From the NCBI GenBank assembly GCA_013265495.1, contig MU058039.1, positions 746,591 to 810,590 of the forward strand: 64,000 nucleotides of DNA. Reading direction: 5' to 3'. Position 1 is the stretch's first letter. Every line of letters starts with the position of its first letter. Source of the stretch: Vicugna vicugna. Lineage: Eukaryota. Shown in pieces: positions 1 to 13,024 of this stretch. Made by a program: the position numbers and the translations under genes. The notes below the pieces were generated by a model. It ran no database searches. It was given only the letters and a program-made list of their open reading frames with translations, and was not told the origin of the DNA.

Positions 1-59
1 GAAATTTAAGAGATGCAAAAGATAAAATTATTAAAAATCAAAATCCCTCTCTCAACTGT

Positions 60-580
60 GACCCCCAACTACCCAGTTGCCTCACAGAGGCAACTACTCT
101 TAGCAGTTTCTTATGTATCCTGAGACCTTAGGCAATTACTTACAAGTATTCCTTCTTCACCTTTTTAGTACATGTGTTGGCATATCCCACACACTCTCCT
201 GCATCCTGTATTTTTTCACTCAGCAGCCTTTGAGAACCTTGCATACCAGTCCGTAAAGTGCTTTTTCTCTCTTTATGACTGCGTACTACTCCATCATGTG
301 GCTGCATGAGAATCTACCCCTATCCCCTATCCATGTGTGTTTAGGTGGTTTCCTGTCTCCTGCTCTTCCAGTACCCCCAGCAGTGAGTGACTAGTTTATA
401 CACTTGTCCAACTGTACAGCTGGGAAAGGTAAATTCCCAGACATGGAGTTACTGCGTCAAAGGGTATGTGCCTAGGTGTACTGGGTGGTCTTGATGGCAT
501 TGCCAGAGTCTGCCAGTTTATTCTCTCAGCCAGGACTGTGAGAGAAAGGAGCGGGATTCCAATGTACAGCCCTTGCTGTT
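60..580 (-). mobile_element. Old LINE-1 3' fragment (L1ME-like)
   Basis: Recognisable antisense L1 3' motifs (tttaggtggtttcc, gtaaattcccagacatggagttactgcgtcaaagggtatg). Boundaries approximate. Confidence 0.6.
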
Positions 581-3500
581 GACCACCAGGCTGGATGTGC
601 TGCCCAGGGGCCACTGGGAGCCAGCACACTGCGGAGCAGGGCCTCCGTGCAGCGCAGGCCCCGGCCTGAGGTCCCCTCCGCACACCCATTTGTTCCTGAG
701 ACATGGCAGCAGCTGCAAGGGGCTGCGTCTCCAGGCTGTCTGTGGGCCTGAGGTTACTTTGATGATGTCCAGTGTTCCTCAGCCACTCAAACGTCGCCCT
801 AGTGAACAGAGGTGGAGTTGTTCCGAAGCATGTGCGCACATACACACACACACACAGGAGGCCGCCCCCTCGTAGAACATCGGAGGTAGGGGGCAGCTGG
901 CTGGGTTCTTCTCCCCTTTCTCCTAACTGTGAGCTCCCCTCTCCTCCCGGGGTTGTCACAGGAGCCTGCGGCCCACCTCCCACCTTCCCAGGCCAGCCCT
1001 TTCATGGCTTCCAGAAGGATTTCTTTTTCCCGACACACAGAGCTTTCTTGTTTTTGCAATTTAATTTGAAATATTTTTATTATGCAACATTTTAAACATT
1101 CTGAAAAGTACAGAGAATAATATAACAGACAGCCATGTGCCTACCACCAGATCTAACAGATGTTAACATTTTGCCATACTTGCTTCAGCTCTCTCTTTAT
1201 TTTTGAAGAAAGAAAATGTTAGAGAGACAACCCAAGCTGCCCCATCTCGCAACCCCTCTCCTCCCCTTCTCTCTTTCCCCACCGGCAGCTGCTCTCTGGA
1301 CAGACCTACCCCTGTCTCCCTGTGTCCCCAGACACCTTTGTTACAAAATCTGTCACACTGTAGGAACAAGCTGTTGATGTGACTCTTGCCTCCCTTGAAG
1401 GTCACCCCAAGTCGTACTCCCTTCAGACATCTGTCCTGGGGTGGCACTTGCTGTGTACACAGCCCTCAAGACCCTTTGCTGACTAGACCGGTGTCTGGCC
1501 CAAACGTTGTAGGCCCTGAGAAAATAGTTGTTGAATAAATAATTGTGAGTGTTCCAGGAATGCTTCCTGACCAGGTGACCTGGTGGTCGCACCACCTCCC
1601 GGTCGTGTAACAAGGTGCCATCCTTCCCCGCTTTGAGTGTGCACTTTCTGAACAGCACACCAGCATCCCTGCTGCCTGTGGGCTGTGAAAACCCCATCCC
1701 TCCTGCTGGGGAAGTGAGGGACCAGCTGTGCTGATTGTCCAGAAACCTCAGCAGCTTGTAGTTTCATGATTCTTAAAACCATGAATCAGGACTATGGGAA
1801 AAGCCAAAACCTGTCACTATATGCAGCCAAGTCCTGAATGAAGAAGTTGCAAAGTTCTTTGTGTCTATAAAGCGCAGTCTGAACACACAGTTAATTAGAA
1901 TAGAGAGACTGGTGAGGTCATCTTGTCCATCCCCCTGCCCCGGGGCAGCACCGCGCCCACAGAGTTTCCTGCAGAAGAAACCTGCCTGATTTGTGCGGCT
2001 TTGAAGGGCCTCTCCAGAGGGAAATGCCCTTTTCTGTCAAACCCACACTTTGTCAGAAAACCATTTCTTCTCGATCTGTCTATTCACGTTTAGATCATTA
2101 CTTTAGTCAGTATAGAACACCTGTGCTGGCACTGAGGTGTCAGCTCAGCCCAGGGTGGCGCCTGCCCCTACACACTCCCAGCCTGTGGAGAAGGCTTCCC
2201 TGGACTGTGAACCTGGAGGTGGAGAGCAAGAGTCCGGCCTGACCCTGGGGTCTGCAGCAGCTCCCTCGATGGCCTCCTTCCCATCCTCTGGTCCCTTCCA
2301 TCCCTTTCTTCATGGGGCAGCCATAGTGGTCTTTGCAGATTGTCAGTCTGGCACCTGCATTTGACAGGCATCTGCAAGAAGCAGGTACCCCCTCCTTCAG
2401 GATTTTAACTGAAGGATTAATGAACAGACTACTAGTAGGTGTGGGTAAGCTAAGGGGACCAGTACAGACAGGTGAGGCATCCAGGGACCAGCAACAGCAG
2501 GTAGCCATTACCCCACGCCCTCAGCTGGATGAGGTCAGAGGGGGATGGGAGAAGTTTCTGGAAATGGAGAACTATGGCTCTAGGAGAGCGGCAGCCTGGC
2601 AGGAGCTGTGGTGTTGAGCAAAGGACCAAGGACTACAGCCGCAGCCCAGGCCCCAGCCCAGCAGGGAGGCAGTGAAGAGAAATAAACCCTCCACCCTCTC
2701 TCCTCTCCCCTTCCCGTAGCCTGCAGGTGCGGCGGAACCCAGGTGAAGGTGACAGCACATAGAAACTCACTTTCCAGGGCACTGAACGGGGCAGAAAACG
2801 GCAGAGACTGGGGCCAGGGGCGCAGACGGTGAAGAGCCAGCCCAGGTGGTTGCCTGGTTGCTTGCTCTCATGACCAGGATGGAAGGTGCTAACTCACCAT
2901 CAAGGCCCTGCATGGCCAGGGCCCTGCTGACCTCATCAGCCTTCCGGCCTCCCCTCCGAGGGCTCTGGGGACCCTGGCCTCGTCTCACCCTGCACACACT
3001 CTTTCCTCACCGGGCTGTGCCCACTGCCTGCGGCGCCCTCCCCTCAGCTCTTCCTCTGGCTCCTACTCGGCCTCCGGTCCCAGTTAATTTCTCTTCCTCA
3101 TAGAGGCACTCCCAGAACACCAAATCCCCAAGGCCCAAGAGAGAGGGTGTCCTGAAAGCACTGGTCAAACAAATACATGAATGTCACCTTGTCCCCTTGT
3201 CAAGTTGGGTGGTGGGGTCGGGAGTCAGAACCTGAGCCTTACATTGTGGTTGGGTTTCGTGAAATACGTTTTACCCAAGAATCTCGTTGTTTAAAAAATT
3301 GTCCTACAGTATACTGGAAGGCTCTCCCAACACCATACTCACAAGCTGAGGTTTTTCTAGAAGGTAAATACAGTATTCTTTGAGAAAAACCTCTCTCATA
3401 GCAACTCATACCCTTTTTTTAATCATCATCATATAAACAGCAAAACTCACGGTGTCCCTGCAGCCCCCTTAAATGTCTTTCCCTGCCCCTGGGTGTTCAC

Positions 3501-4135
3501 TCGGGCGGGTGCCGTGGCCTTTCTGCCTGATTTTAGAAATTGTCTGCCCTGTAGCCACTGGGTCTTGATTGGGTCATTAGATCATCACATCCGAGATTTA
3601 TCCACTCTCTAAACTTGACTTACCAGCAAACCTCCCACTTCCCAGCTCAGGCTGCTTCCGCCTGAAGCCTTGATGGGTAAGTGGGGAGCCTGCTTACCCC
3701 TCCTCCATTTGTCCTCCATGCACCCCCCCTCCCCCGGCCCCTGGCCTGGTGACTGCCAGTTTCTGACCTGTCGAGGAGTAGAGCACAAAGAGGAAACTGG
3801 AGGCAGGGAAGTGTCGCTGGGGCTCTGGTCACAGGCTCTCTGGGCTCTCGGGGGCTCCCTGCCCACCCTCTAGGTCTCCCAGTCAGGAATAGACCTCAGC
3901 CTCCTCCCAACGAGGAGGGTGACCTAGGAGGCCCCTGTTCAGGGACAGGGACACCTCACCGCCCACTCTCTCCAAAGATTTCCCTCCTAATAAGATCCTC
4001 CCTCTCTCTGATTTGCACAGTGGTTGAGGAGGTTCAGGAGTTTGGGGGAACGGGCTTTAGATCATTTCCTTTTTACCTTCTCACTCAGTTGCTATCTGAT
4101 TTCTGTCATAATGACACCTAGTCAAAACTGAAGTC

Positions 4136-4294
4136 GGGGGCAGGGTATAGTTCAAGTGGTAGAGTGCATGCTTAGCATGTATGAGGCCCTGGGTTCAATC
4201 CCTGGTACCTCCTCCAAAAAATAAATTAAGTAAACCTAATTACCTACCCCTCAAAAAAAAATTCAAAAAAAATTTTTTTAATAAAATTTTTTAA
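4136..4294 (+). mobile_element. tRNA-derived SINE, camelid Vic-1-like, full length
   Basis: A-box-like tagttcaagtgg, B-box gggttcaatccc and an A-rich tail. TSD aaaactgaagt at 4124-4134 and 4295-4305. Confidence 0.88.
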
Positions 4295-4429
4295 AAAACT
4301 GAAGTGGAAAAAGTCCTGTTCTAACTTTCCCTTACCATGACTTTTCAAAATAACCTTTGTTGAAATGATTTACAAAGTGTATTAGTACTCTACAAGTGTT
4401 TGAAAGAAATCACATAATTGTTCCATATC

Positions 4430-4800
4430 CATCAGGTGTTCCTACAATAATCCCACTTTCCAAACTACCCCAAAACTCAGTGGCTCACAAACATCATTGT
4501 CTTGGCTCACATATCTGCAGGTTAGCTGAGGTCTGGCTAGCCTTGGCTCCAGGCCACATCGGGCCCAGGTCTGCTCCAGGTGTCCTTCATCATCCTGGGA
4601 CCAGTAGACCCCAGAGCATGTGAGTCTCATGGTGACGCAGGCACACAGGAGGCAGGCCTAACCCCCACACACGCTTCATGCTTTTACTCTGCATTGGCCA
4701 GATCAAGTCACATGACCAGGCTCAGTGGAGTGAGGATGTACCTGCCCACGAAGGTAGATGGGAAGAGGTAAATTTTGCCAAACTGTAATGTACCACACCA
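4430..4800 (-). mobile_element. Old MaLR LTR (MLT1-family)
   Basis: aaactacccc aaaactcagtggct...cattggccagatcaagtcacatgacc. Similar remnants lie at about 9660-10130, 11490-11830, 17200-17700, 26305-26690, 27540-27760 and 37270-37660. Confidence 0.6.
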
Positions 4801-5083
4801 TATGTGTGTCAAACGAGAACAGCTAGAGTTGAGCAGTGCTGGGACAGTTATCCTTTGAATAACATCAGTGGATGTTGTAACGTTCTGCTTGTAGGAAGTA
4901 AAAATACCTGTATGTGCTCTGAGACTTTATCAAGTTTCCAATCTAGTTAGCCAGCAACTGACTAATTAGACGTACACCTCCATTCTTAAAAAGGAAACTC
5001 CTCTTTCTGAGTGTGTATTTTCTTTCTGAAAGGACTCTCAGATGTGTTTCTTTCTACCATCTAAACGATTTCTCCCTCCTCAG

Positions 5084-5660
5084 TATGGCTGTGACCCGAT
5101 CCAAAGACGCTCCTCCTTTTGGCCCCCCTATCCCCAGTGGAACCACATTCCGCAAATCTGACGTCTTCAGAGACTTCTTGCTGGCCAAGGTGATTAACGC
5201 TGAGAACGCCGCGCACAAGTCCGACAAGTTCCACACCATGGCCACCAGGACCCGCCAGGAGTACCTCAAGGACCTGGCTGAGAACTGTGTCTCCAACACA
5301 CCCATTGACTCCACGGGCAAGTTTAACCTCATCTCCCTGACCTCCAAGAAAAAGGAGAAGACCAAAGCCCGGGCAGGCGCTGAGCAGCACAGCGCAGGGG
5401 CCATCGCCTGGAGGGTGGCGGCTCAGGACTATGCCCAGGGAGTAGAAATTGACTGCATTTTGGGGATTTCTAATGAGTTTGTGGTGCTCCTGGACCTACG
5501 CACCAAGGAGGTGGTATTTAACTGCTACTGCGGGGATGTCATTGGCTGGACTCCAGACTCCTCGACACTTAAAATCTTCTATGGGCGAGGGGACCACATC
5601 TTCCTGCAGGCCTCCGAGGGCTCTGTGGAGGACATAAGGGAAATCGTCCAGAGGCTGAAG
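5084..5660 (+). CDS. SIPA1L3: SIPA1L3 internal coding exon (577 nt, phase 2 to 0): C-terminal part of RapGAP domain and following linker ([17 protein letters not shown]...[22 protein letters not shown]...EIVQRLK)
   Basis: Acceptor tctccctcctcag ends at 5083 and donor AAG|gtaagg starts at 5661. The translation carries the SIPA1/Rap1GAP-family motif [13 protein letters not shown] and matches SIPA1L3 as recalled. Confidence 0.96.
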
Positions 5661-5894
5661 GTAAGGGAGAGGGCTCAGCTCTGTGGTCTGGCAGAGGCCT
5701 TAGGAACCACTGAGATGCCTCCCTGAGCCCAGTCAGTTGGGCCAGGACACTCATCGGCCCCAAGACAATCAGAATTGTGACTTACACACCAGAGGTCTAG
5801 TGGGTCCTGCAGCCTGGGTTCCTTCTGGGGAAGACTTGGGCCAGGGATCTGAGGTTCCTATGCCATCACCTTGGGAAGACAAAAGGCAGCTTTA

Positions 5895-6185
5895 CTCACT
5901 CTAGATGTTGATAGAAAAGATAAGTTTAAGCTTATGTTAAAAATGTAAGGATACTTTCTAGAAGAAATAAAATAGATTGAAAAGCTTTCAGATCATTAAA
6001 GGATAGTGCAGAAGCAGGGTGTTTGGGGATGAGGGGAGGTAGTGGGGAGGAAGTGTAAGAAACCATGATAAAAGAAAGAAAAATTATATGGCAGGAATAA
6101 TTCCACATCAGTAATCACGATAATTATGAATGGTTTAACATTTATGTTAAAGTCAGAGACTTACAATCTAGATAAAAATCTCACC
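5895..6185 (+). mobile_element. Degenerate LINE-1 fragment around the ORF2 endonuclease start
   Basis: atcagtaatcacgataattatgaatggtttaac...gtcagagactt...gataaaaa resembles the ORF2 start SIITLNVNGLN..KRQRL..WIKK. Confidence 0.5.
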
Positions 6186-6424
6186 CTCAGCTCTTGATGT
6201 ACAGCTCAGGCTCAGACTGTAGGCCAAACCAAGGGTGGTGGAGTGGTTTCAAGTCAGATGACATCCTAGTTGGTAGTGGCTGTTTGAAACGTTGTGCTCA
6301 GAGTACTCAGGCCACATCTGAGCCCTGTGTAAAGGAATGCGATGGTCAGTGATGGGCTGTCAGTGGGTTTAGCAGAATGGCGTGTCATGCCTGAAATAGA
6401 GAAGGCAGTTTAGCACGGGAATTA

Positions 6425-6600
6425 ACAACACAGGTTCTCAAGTTGGAAGGTCTGGTTTCGAGTCCCAGCACTGCCACTTACCAGCTGAGACCTTGAGCCA
6501 GTTACTTAACTGCTGGGTGACTCTGTTTCCCCATCTGAAACATGGGAACAATAATCACCCTGTATCATGTGCAAGTTTTAAGGATTGGATGAGTTACATT
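6425..6600 (+). mobile_element. MIR SINE
   Basis: tcccagcactgccacttaccagctg..accttgagccagttacttaac...tgtttccccatctgaaacatggg core. Other MIRs lie at about 14110-14310, 17075-17190, 32940-33130, 39640-39850 and 43455-43680. Confidence 0.75.
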
Positions 6601-6914
6601 GTCCAGGCATGCTGGCCTGACTTGGTAGGCTGTGACCTCTAGAGGCCACTGTGACAGCCGGCTGTCCTCACCCTTCTGACCCTTAGACTTGCTCATTAAG
6701 TTTAGGTTGGATTGGTAAAGCCCTGCTCCCAGCCTCCCTGACTCCAAAATTCATGTCCCACTTCAGGCAGTAGCAATAGCTAGTGTGTAGGCTTCCCATT
6801 AGGATGTGAGATCCTTGAACAAGGGCTTCTGACTGTTTCGCTCACTTGCTTGTCACATATGCGTAGTTCAGGGCTGGCACATTTGGTTAGTTGAATGAGA
6901 TTCTTGAACCCTGA

Positions 6915-7110
6915 CTCTGTGCTAATAAGCAGTTTACATGCATGATCTCACAGTCCTCCACCCACCCTGGAGGGGTGTAGGCAGTGTTTTTATCCCCACT
7001 TGACAGATGAGGAAAATGAAGCTCAGAGAGGTATAGATACTCACATAAAGTCACACAGCCAGTAGGTGGCAGACTGGGGTCTGAATCTAGATTTTTTTTT
7101 TCTGACTCCA
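6915..7110 (-). mobile_element. MIR SINE
   Basis: ttatccccacttgacagatgaggaaaatgaagctcagagagg...gtcacacagccagtaggtggcag. Confidence 0.75.
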
Positions 7111-7149
7111 AAACCTGTTTGTGCCCAAACTCGACGCTTGATAGCTAAC

Positions 7150-7990
7150 TGCTACTCGGCATCTCCATTCAACCCCTGAAACTTAGCGTGTCTAAGAACA
7201 AGCTCCTGGTGTCCCCCCAACTGCCTCCCAGAGAGAGTTTTCCTGTCGCAGTACAGGACAAGTCCATCTCTCATTTGTGGAGTCAGAAGCCTTGGCATCA
7301 GCCTCACTCCTCTTTCTCTCACACCCACATCCAATCTGTCAGCTCCGCCTCCAAGAGGCAAACTCTCTACTCCTCCCCCTTCCACAGCCCCTCCAGGACT
7401 CTCCAGCAGCCTCCTTGCTGGTCTCCCTTGCTTCCACCCTTGCTTCCCTGTGGCCTGTTCTCAGTATGGTCAGTAGAGGGATCTGATGACATCACTGCTC
7501 TGCTCAGACTTCTCAACTCTCTTAGATAAAAGCTCAAGTCCTCGTGGTGGTCCGTGAGGCCCTGCGTGGTCTGACTCTGTCAGCCTCTCTGACCTCCTCT
7601 CCCCCTTACACTCTCTGCTCCAGGCACACATACCTCTGCTGTTTCCAGAGTGTGCTAGTCAGGCATCCAGCCTCAGGCCCTTTGCACTGCCTGTGCCCTT
7701 GCGCTAGAGCACTGTCCCTGATCCCCACGTAGCTCAGTCCCCTTCTACATGCCTTTAGTCAGATGTCAGCTGTCACTGAGGTCTCATTATCCAAAATTGC
7801 CAACCCCCCTCTCCAATTTGGCCCTGAGCTTATTCCACCCACTTTCCCTGCCTTAATTTTCTCCATAGCACCTACCACCCTCTGACATGTATTTTTACAT
7901 ATTTGATGTTTCCCGCTGTGTCCTCAGCACCTAGGTCAGCGTCTGGTGTGCAGCAGGCACTCCATGAACATGGACTAAATGCACACATGC
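7150..7990 (+). mobile_element. LINE-2 3' region
   Basis: Typical L2 motifs (atccaatctgtcagc, catcactgctctgctcag, cctcaggccctttgcactg, cagcacctagg...caggcactc). Confidence 0.7.
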
Positions 7991-10334
7991 GTGCTGCCCT
8001 GTAATAGCACAGACCGTCCTTGGAGGGCTGGCTGTCAGACTGCTTGGAGCCTTGCATGACCTTGCATTTCTTCCCAAAAGCCCAGTGAGGGAGATACCAT
8101 TATCATCCCCAGTTCACAGATGAGGAAACTGAGGCCCAGAGAGGTAAAGCAACTTGCCTAGGGCCCAGAATGAGTTAAACATGAGAGTTCTTCCTCCCCA
8201 AAAATCGCGTTTCTTGAGCAGTGACCATGCCACGCACTGTGCCACGTGATACCCTCATCCCTGTGTCCTCTCTGTGCCGCCATCCCACACCCACCCCCGT
8301 GCCTACTGTTGGTGCAGTGCTTTTTCAGCATGTTTCCACAGCCCCCTTCCCAATCTCAGTGCCCCGAAGCCCGCTAAGAAACCAGGCACAAGGAAGCGTT
8401 GACAGAAGCCATCTTCTGTGAAGGAGCAGGCCCATCTTAAACGGCTTACGAGGCCAGTCTGTCTTTATGAAGCCCTTCAGGGTCAGGAGTCTGCACCCTC
8501 CCCAACACAGCTGGGATTCAGACGTCCTTCATTAAGTCAAAAAGTTTTCTGGTGTGCCTGGCCCTTGGCCAGGCAGTTCCAGGACCCAACAGTGACCACA
8601 GTGGGCCCAAGCCTGCCCTCCTGGGGCTCCCATCCAAGGCAGATACTGAACAAGAATTACAAATGCCAATAGGGTAAAAGGAGCAGTGCTGAGGATGCCA
8701 GGGGGACCCTATCGTGGGGGGCGGTCTCAAACCTGCAGATGTGATGCAGCCCCCAGACATAACCGAGCTGCTTACCAAAGCTTAACATTCAGAGGATTTC
8801 ATACAAACCTCACTTTCTGGCTTCTCTTGAAAAACAGGGGGATCTGGCTATCCGAGACCTACATTTGCACAGGATAGGGGTCAGCTGAGCAAGGTGATGG
8901 ATATGCCGTTTAGATGGGACAGGAGTGTACAATTTGGCCGTAGGTCTCACCCGCCTACATCTCATTTACGTTACCCACCAAGCACCCCAGCCTTGTGGGC
9001 TGGGCCCCGGGTTGGGGGGACTTCCCTGAGGGAATGACTTAAACTGAGACTAGAGCAGTAAGTAGGAGTCATCTTGGTGAGGGGTGGGGGTAGGGAGAAT
9101 AAGTAAAGGAAAATGACAGCGGGAGCAACGTGGCAACAGAGAAAACGGCACAGTGGCTAAAAAAGCAGGAGTCGAGGCAGACATGCTCTGTGACCTTGGG
9201 CGACTGACACACTTCAGTTTTGCCATTTCTTTATTTCACAATAAATTTAACTAATGTTAAGCAGATTAGTATATGTGCCTCATAAGTGAGATACTAGGGA
9301 ACTTGGGCATTTAAAGGGTTTAACCAGCACCTGGCACACAAAGATCAGCCCCCCAGGAAAATGAGCTTTAAAGGGGGGCTGGGTGGCCACGTGACACAGC
9401 AGGGGTTCCTCTGAACTGATTGTGTGTTTGATCTCATAAGGTGTTCCCTGTGCCATCAGGGCCTCGGGCTGCTCTGGCCTAGTGTCCCAAATCTTCTGTC
9501 ACCTTGGGTTTTGTAACAACCCAAAGGAAGCCTTGCCTGAAGAAGAGCACCCCTCCTGATGTTTCAAGCTTCCCCTGCAGACTGTCTCTCCCCCTGTCCA
9601 GACAGAGAGAGGGAGGGAGGGGGAAGGAAGGAGGGAGAGAGAAATAGAGAGAGGGGGACAGGGGAGAGAGAAAGGGAGAGAGACTGAGAAATCCAGCTGC
9701 TGAAATAAGATGGGAGTTTCTTTCTTCTGTAGGTAGCGCTCAGGCTGCTCAAGGCTGGTGAGATGGCTCAGGGACTCAGGTCCCTTTTGTCTTATGGCTC
9801 CTTCTTTCCCTTCGATATTGTGCTTACCTGCATGGTCAGCATGGAGTCACTCCATATCCACATTCCCATCAGCAGGAAGGGAGACATTGTATGCGTGGAG
9901 GGCAAGCAGTTCTATTTTTAAGAACACGAGGTAGCAGCTCCAGCACTTGTACTCCTATCCCGTTGGCCAAAACCAAGTCATGTCCACAGCCAGCTGCCAG
10001 GGAAACAGAGAAGTGTGGTCCCCACCCAGGTGGCCACACACACATCAAAATTCTGATTTGCGGTGGGCAGGGGGTTCTTCCTACTCAAAGGAAGAAGAGG
10101 GTGGAGGGTGGCAGGAGCTCTGTGGGACTCCCGGGGCTGGTGTGTCTAATTGCACAGGCTCACAGGACCTTCCTCCGTAACCCACAGCCAAATCCTTTGG
10201 ACACAAGGGTGGCGGCTTCAAAGGGAAGAAGAATTTTGACTCCCAAAGCAGATATAATGGTCCAGGATGAAACCACTCACAACTTTCTCTTTTGAGGCAC
10301 TAAACAATAGGCTTTCCTTTCAAACCAAGTCTTT

Positions 10335-10620
10335 TTAAATGTTTTAATCATGGAAAATTTCAAACATATGCAAAGTAGAGGGACTTGCATAGTAAATTCC
10401 TAGCCCGGCTTCCACAGTTATCAGCTTCATGGGCCAATCTTGCTTCTCTCTTCTCTCCCTTACCTTCCCCTGATTATTTTGAAACAAATCCTAGACATCC
10501 TATCGTTTCACCTGTAAACATTTCAATATTTATCTCTAAAATATATAGATTTAAAAATATAAGTATTTTGCCACTATCATACATTAAATAATTGACAATA
10601 ACTCCTTATTGTCATATAAA
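10335..10620 (-). mobile_element. L1MC-like 3' end fragment
   Basis: ttttaatcatggaaaatttcaaacatatgcaaag...ttattttgaaacaaatcctagacatc motifs. Related fragments lie at about 1070-1200 and 13025-13930. Confidence 0.6.
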
Positions 10621-12075
10621 CAAGTTGGGCTATGAAATCAGTTAGTGCATCTCAATCAACTTTTCAAGAATAGAGTAGAAAAGAATGAGCCGTATCAGAA
10701 TGTGTCCCAGCAAGGAAGTACTTTGTTTCATGGAGCTTTGTTCTGGTTTTACATGGTTCCCCACTTCACAGTTTCTCACTATGCAGACCAGGAACAGATG
10801 TGTTTACATTTTCAGGTAAGTCCTCTGGCATTCAGTGTCCTTTCTTGCTGCCCACACTTAAGAATGTGATCCACGTGGGTTGCAAGGAGTATTTTTATGT
10901 GTATGGATGCACGTGTAAATGTGTAAATGACTAATGTGGCTTGTGACATAAAACTCCTTTTTAGTGTGCATAGTGGTCAGAAAAATCTGGAAGCTGCTGC
11001 TCTCATAGGTACATCACAAAGCATCATTTCTAGCCAGGGAGTGACCTTCCATGGGAAACGTGGACCATTACATGATCTCTTTCCTTAACGCAGTTTCAGG
11101 CAAGGGCAGACAAATCTTGATGTAACTTGCTTAACAGCCACGGCTCCTTAAGTTAATCTTCTCACCCCAAGAAGAAGAGGGAATCCCTAAGGAAATGCTG
11201 AAGAACTAGGGGTTCTGTTCAGAGGGTCTTCGTATCTGTCGTAGTATGTTATCATGGCGGAAATCTCACACGAATGAAACAGGGAGTAAATTGGAGGGAG
11301 GGAGGCAAGGCCCTGTGCTGCCTGGTAGGTTCCAGGTTGGGGGACGGTCTGAGGAGGAGAGTGGGAAGAGGTTTGTGCCTCTAAGAATGAAGTCATGAAG
11401 TAGAGAATATGGCCCAAGCCCCCAGCCTAGAAAAGATCCCAGGGTATCTGGTCTCTTGTTTCTCCAGCTTACTCTGGCTGTAGTCACTGTATCAGTCAGA
11501 ATACAGCATTAGTGGCTAAAAACAACACAGATTTTTCTCACTCACACCACATGTGCATCTTAGGTTCAGCCAGAGTCTATGCTCCACATTCTTCTAATTT
11601 TGCGACCCTTGCCCACCCTGCAGCCTCTATCTGGAATACTCCCAGTGGCCGTGGCATAGGGGAAAGGCCTGCAGAGGGTCTCGGGTTGGCAATTAAATGC
11701 CCCAGCCCAGATGATATACTGGTTCCGTTCACAACTCATTGGCCAAAACAAATCCCAGAGCCCACCAACCATAGTGGGGCTAAGGAGGGCGATCCTGCCG
11801 TAAGTTGGGAGAAGAGAAGGGTGACCCTGGGGGGCCAGGAAGCGTGAGGGGAGGCAGGGCACTCGGAGAACACCACCTTGCCTCTGTGGGAGGCTTCCGC
11901 GTTGCTCCAGAGGTCAGGAGCCAGAGCCGAGACTAGGTGGACATCACTCTCCTGGACCCTGGCCTCGCCTGGGAGGGTAGATGGGGTCTGCAGGCTCTTT
12001 GGCCTCAACGGGTAGAATCCGACCAAGACCCTTCCACGGGAGCTCCTGAGGCTAGACCCCACATGTTGCCTGCAG

Positions 12076-12350
12076 GTGATGACCAACGGCTGGGAGACGG
12101 TGGACATGACCCTGCGGCGGAACGGGCTCGGCCAGCTGGGCTTCCACGTGAAGTACGATGGCACCGTGGCCGAAGTGGAGGACTACGGCTTTGCCTGGCA
12201 GGCTGGCCTCCGGCAGGGCAGCCGGCTGGTGGAGATCTGCAAGGTGGCCGTGGTCACGCTGACCCACGACCAGATGATCGACCTGCTGCGAACCTCCGTC
12301 ACCGTCAAGGTGGTCATCATCCCACCTTTCGAGGATGGCACACCCAGGAG
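12076..12350 (+). CDS. SIPA1L3: SIPA1L3 coding exon (275 nt, phase 0 to 2): PDZ domain ([25 protein letters not shown]...[15 protein letters not shown])
   Basis: Acceptor cctgcag ends at 12075 and donor GAG|gtaagg starts at 12351. Contains the PDZ carboxylate loop GQLGF and is in frame with the previous exon. Confidence 0.96.
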
Positions 12351-13024
12351 GTAAGGCCATCTGCCCTGGCCAGGGCTGGGTGGGGGTTGGCAGCTCCCCG
12401 AGGGCTGGCATTGAGGCCCTTCCTTGGCAGAAAGAGTGACAGTGGTGACGGGGTCTTCACTGTGGGCCAGTCGTGGGCCCCAGTCTCCAAGCAGCCCTGT
12501 GAGGCTGGTGCCCTCCTTCGCCCAGGCTCCTAGTCAGCACACCCGTGCTAGGGCGCAGTGCACCTTGTTTATTCATTCAGCACATGCTTACTGTGCAGAG
12601 TGCTCAGGACTTGACAGCAAACAAAAGTGCCTGTTCTCTTGGAGTTTGTGTCCTGAGGGAAGGACAGGCAGTAATTAAATACTTGCATGATACAGGATCA
12701 GCCAGTGACAAGGTCTGCAGCATGGCGAGGGCGTGGCTTATGGGTGGTCAGGGAAGGCTCCAGGGCGGAGGCCACCATGTGGGTTTCTGGGCAAGCAGAG
12801 AACAAGCCAGGGCAGAGTCTCCAAAGTGCCAGTGTGTGTGGCGCTTTCCCGCAGCACAGCGAGGCCAGTGTGGCTGGAGAAGAGTGAGCGGGATGAGAGG
12901 TGGAAGAAAGGGACAGAGGGGACAGGGCAGACGGGGGTGCCTTTCTGGACATGGTAACGAGCTTGGGTTTTGTTCACTGGGAAGCCAGTGCAGGGTTTGT
13001 TTCTTTTCAATTTGTTTAGTTTAC

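Noticed and set aside
4136..4215. tRNA-like sequence
   Set aside because: It is the head of a SINE, followed by body, A-tail and TSD, with multiple diverged copies. Not a tRNA gene.
9601..9690. GA-rich purine tract, and pyrimidine tract at about 18995-19105, as H-DNA candidates
   Set aside because: No clear long mirror symmetry. Ordinary low-complexity sequence.
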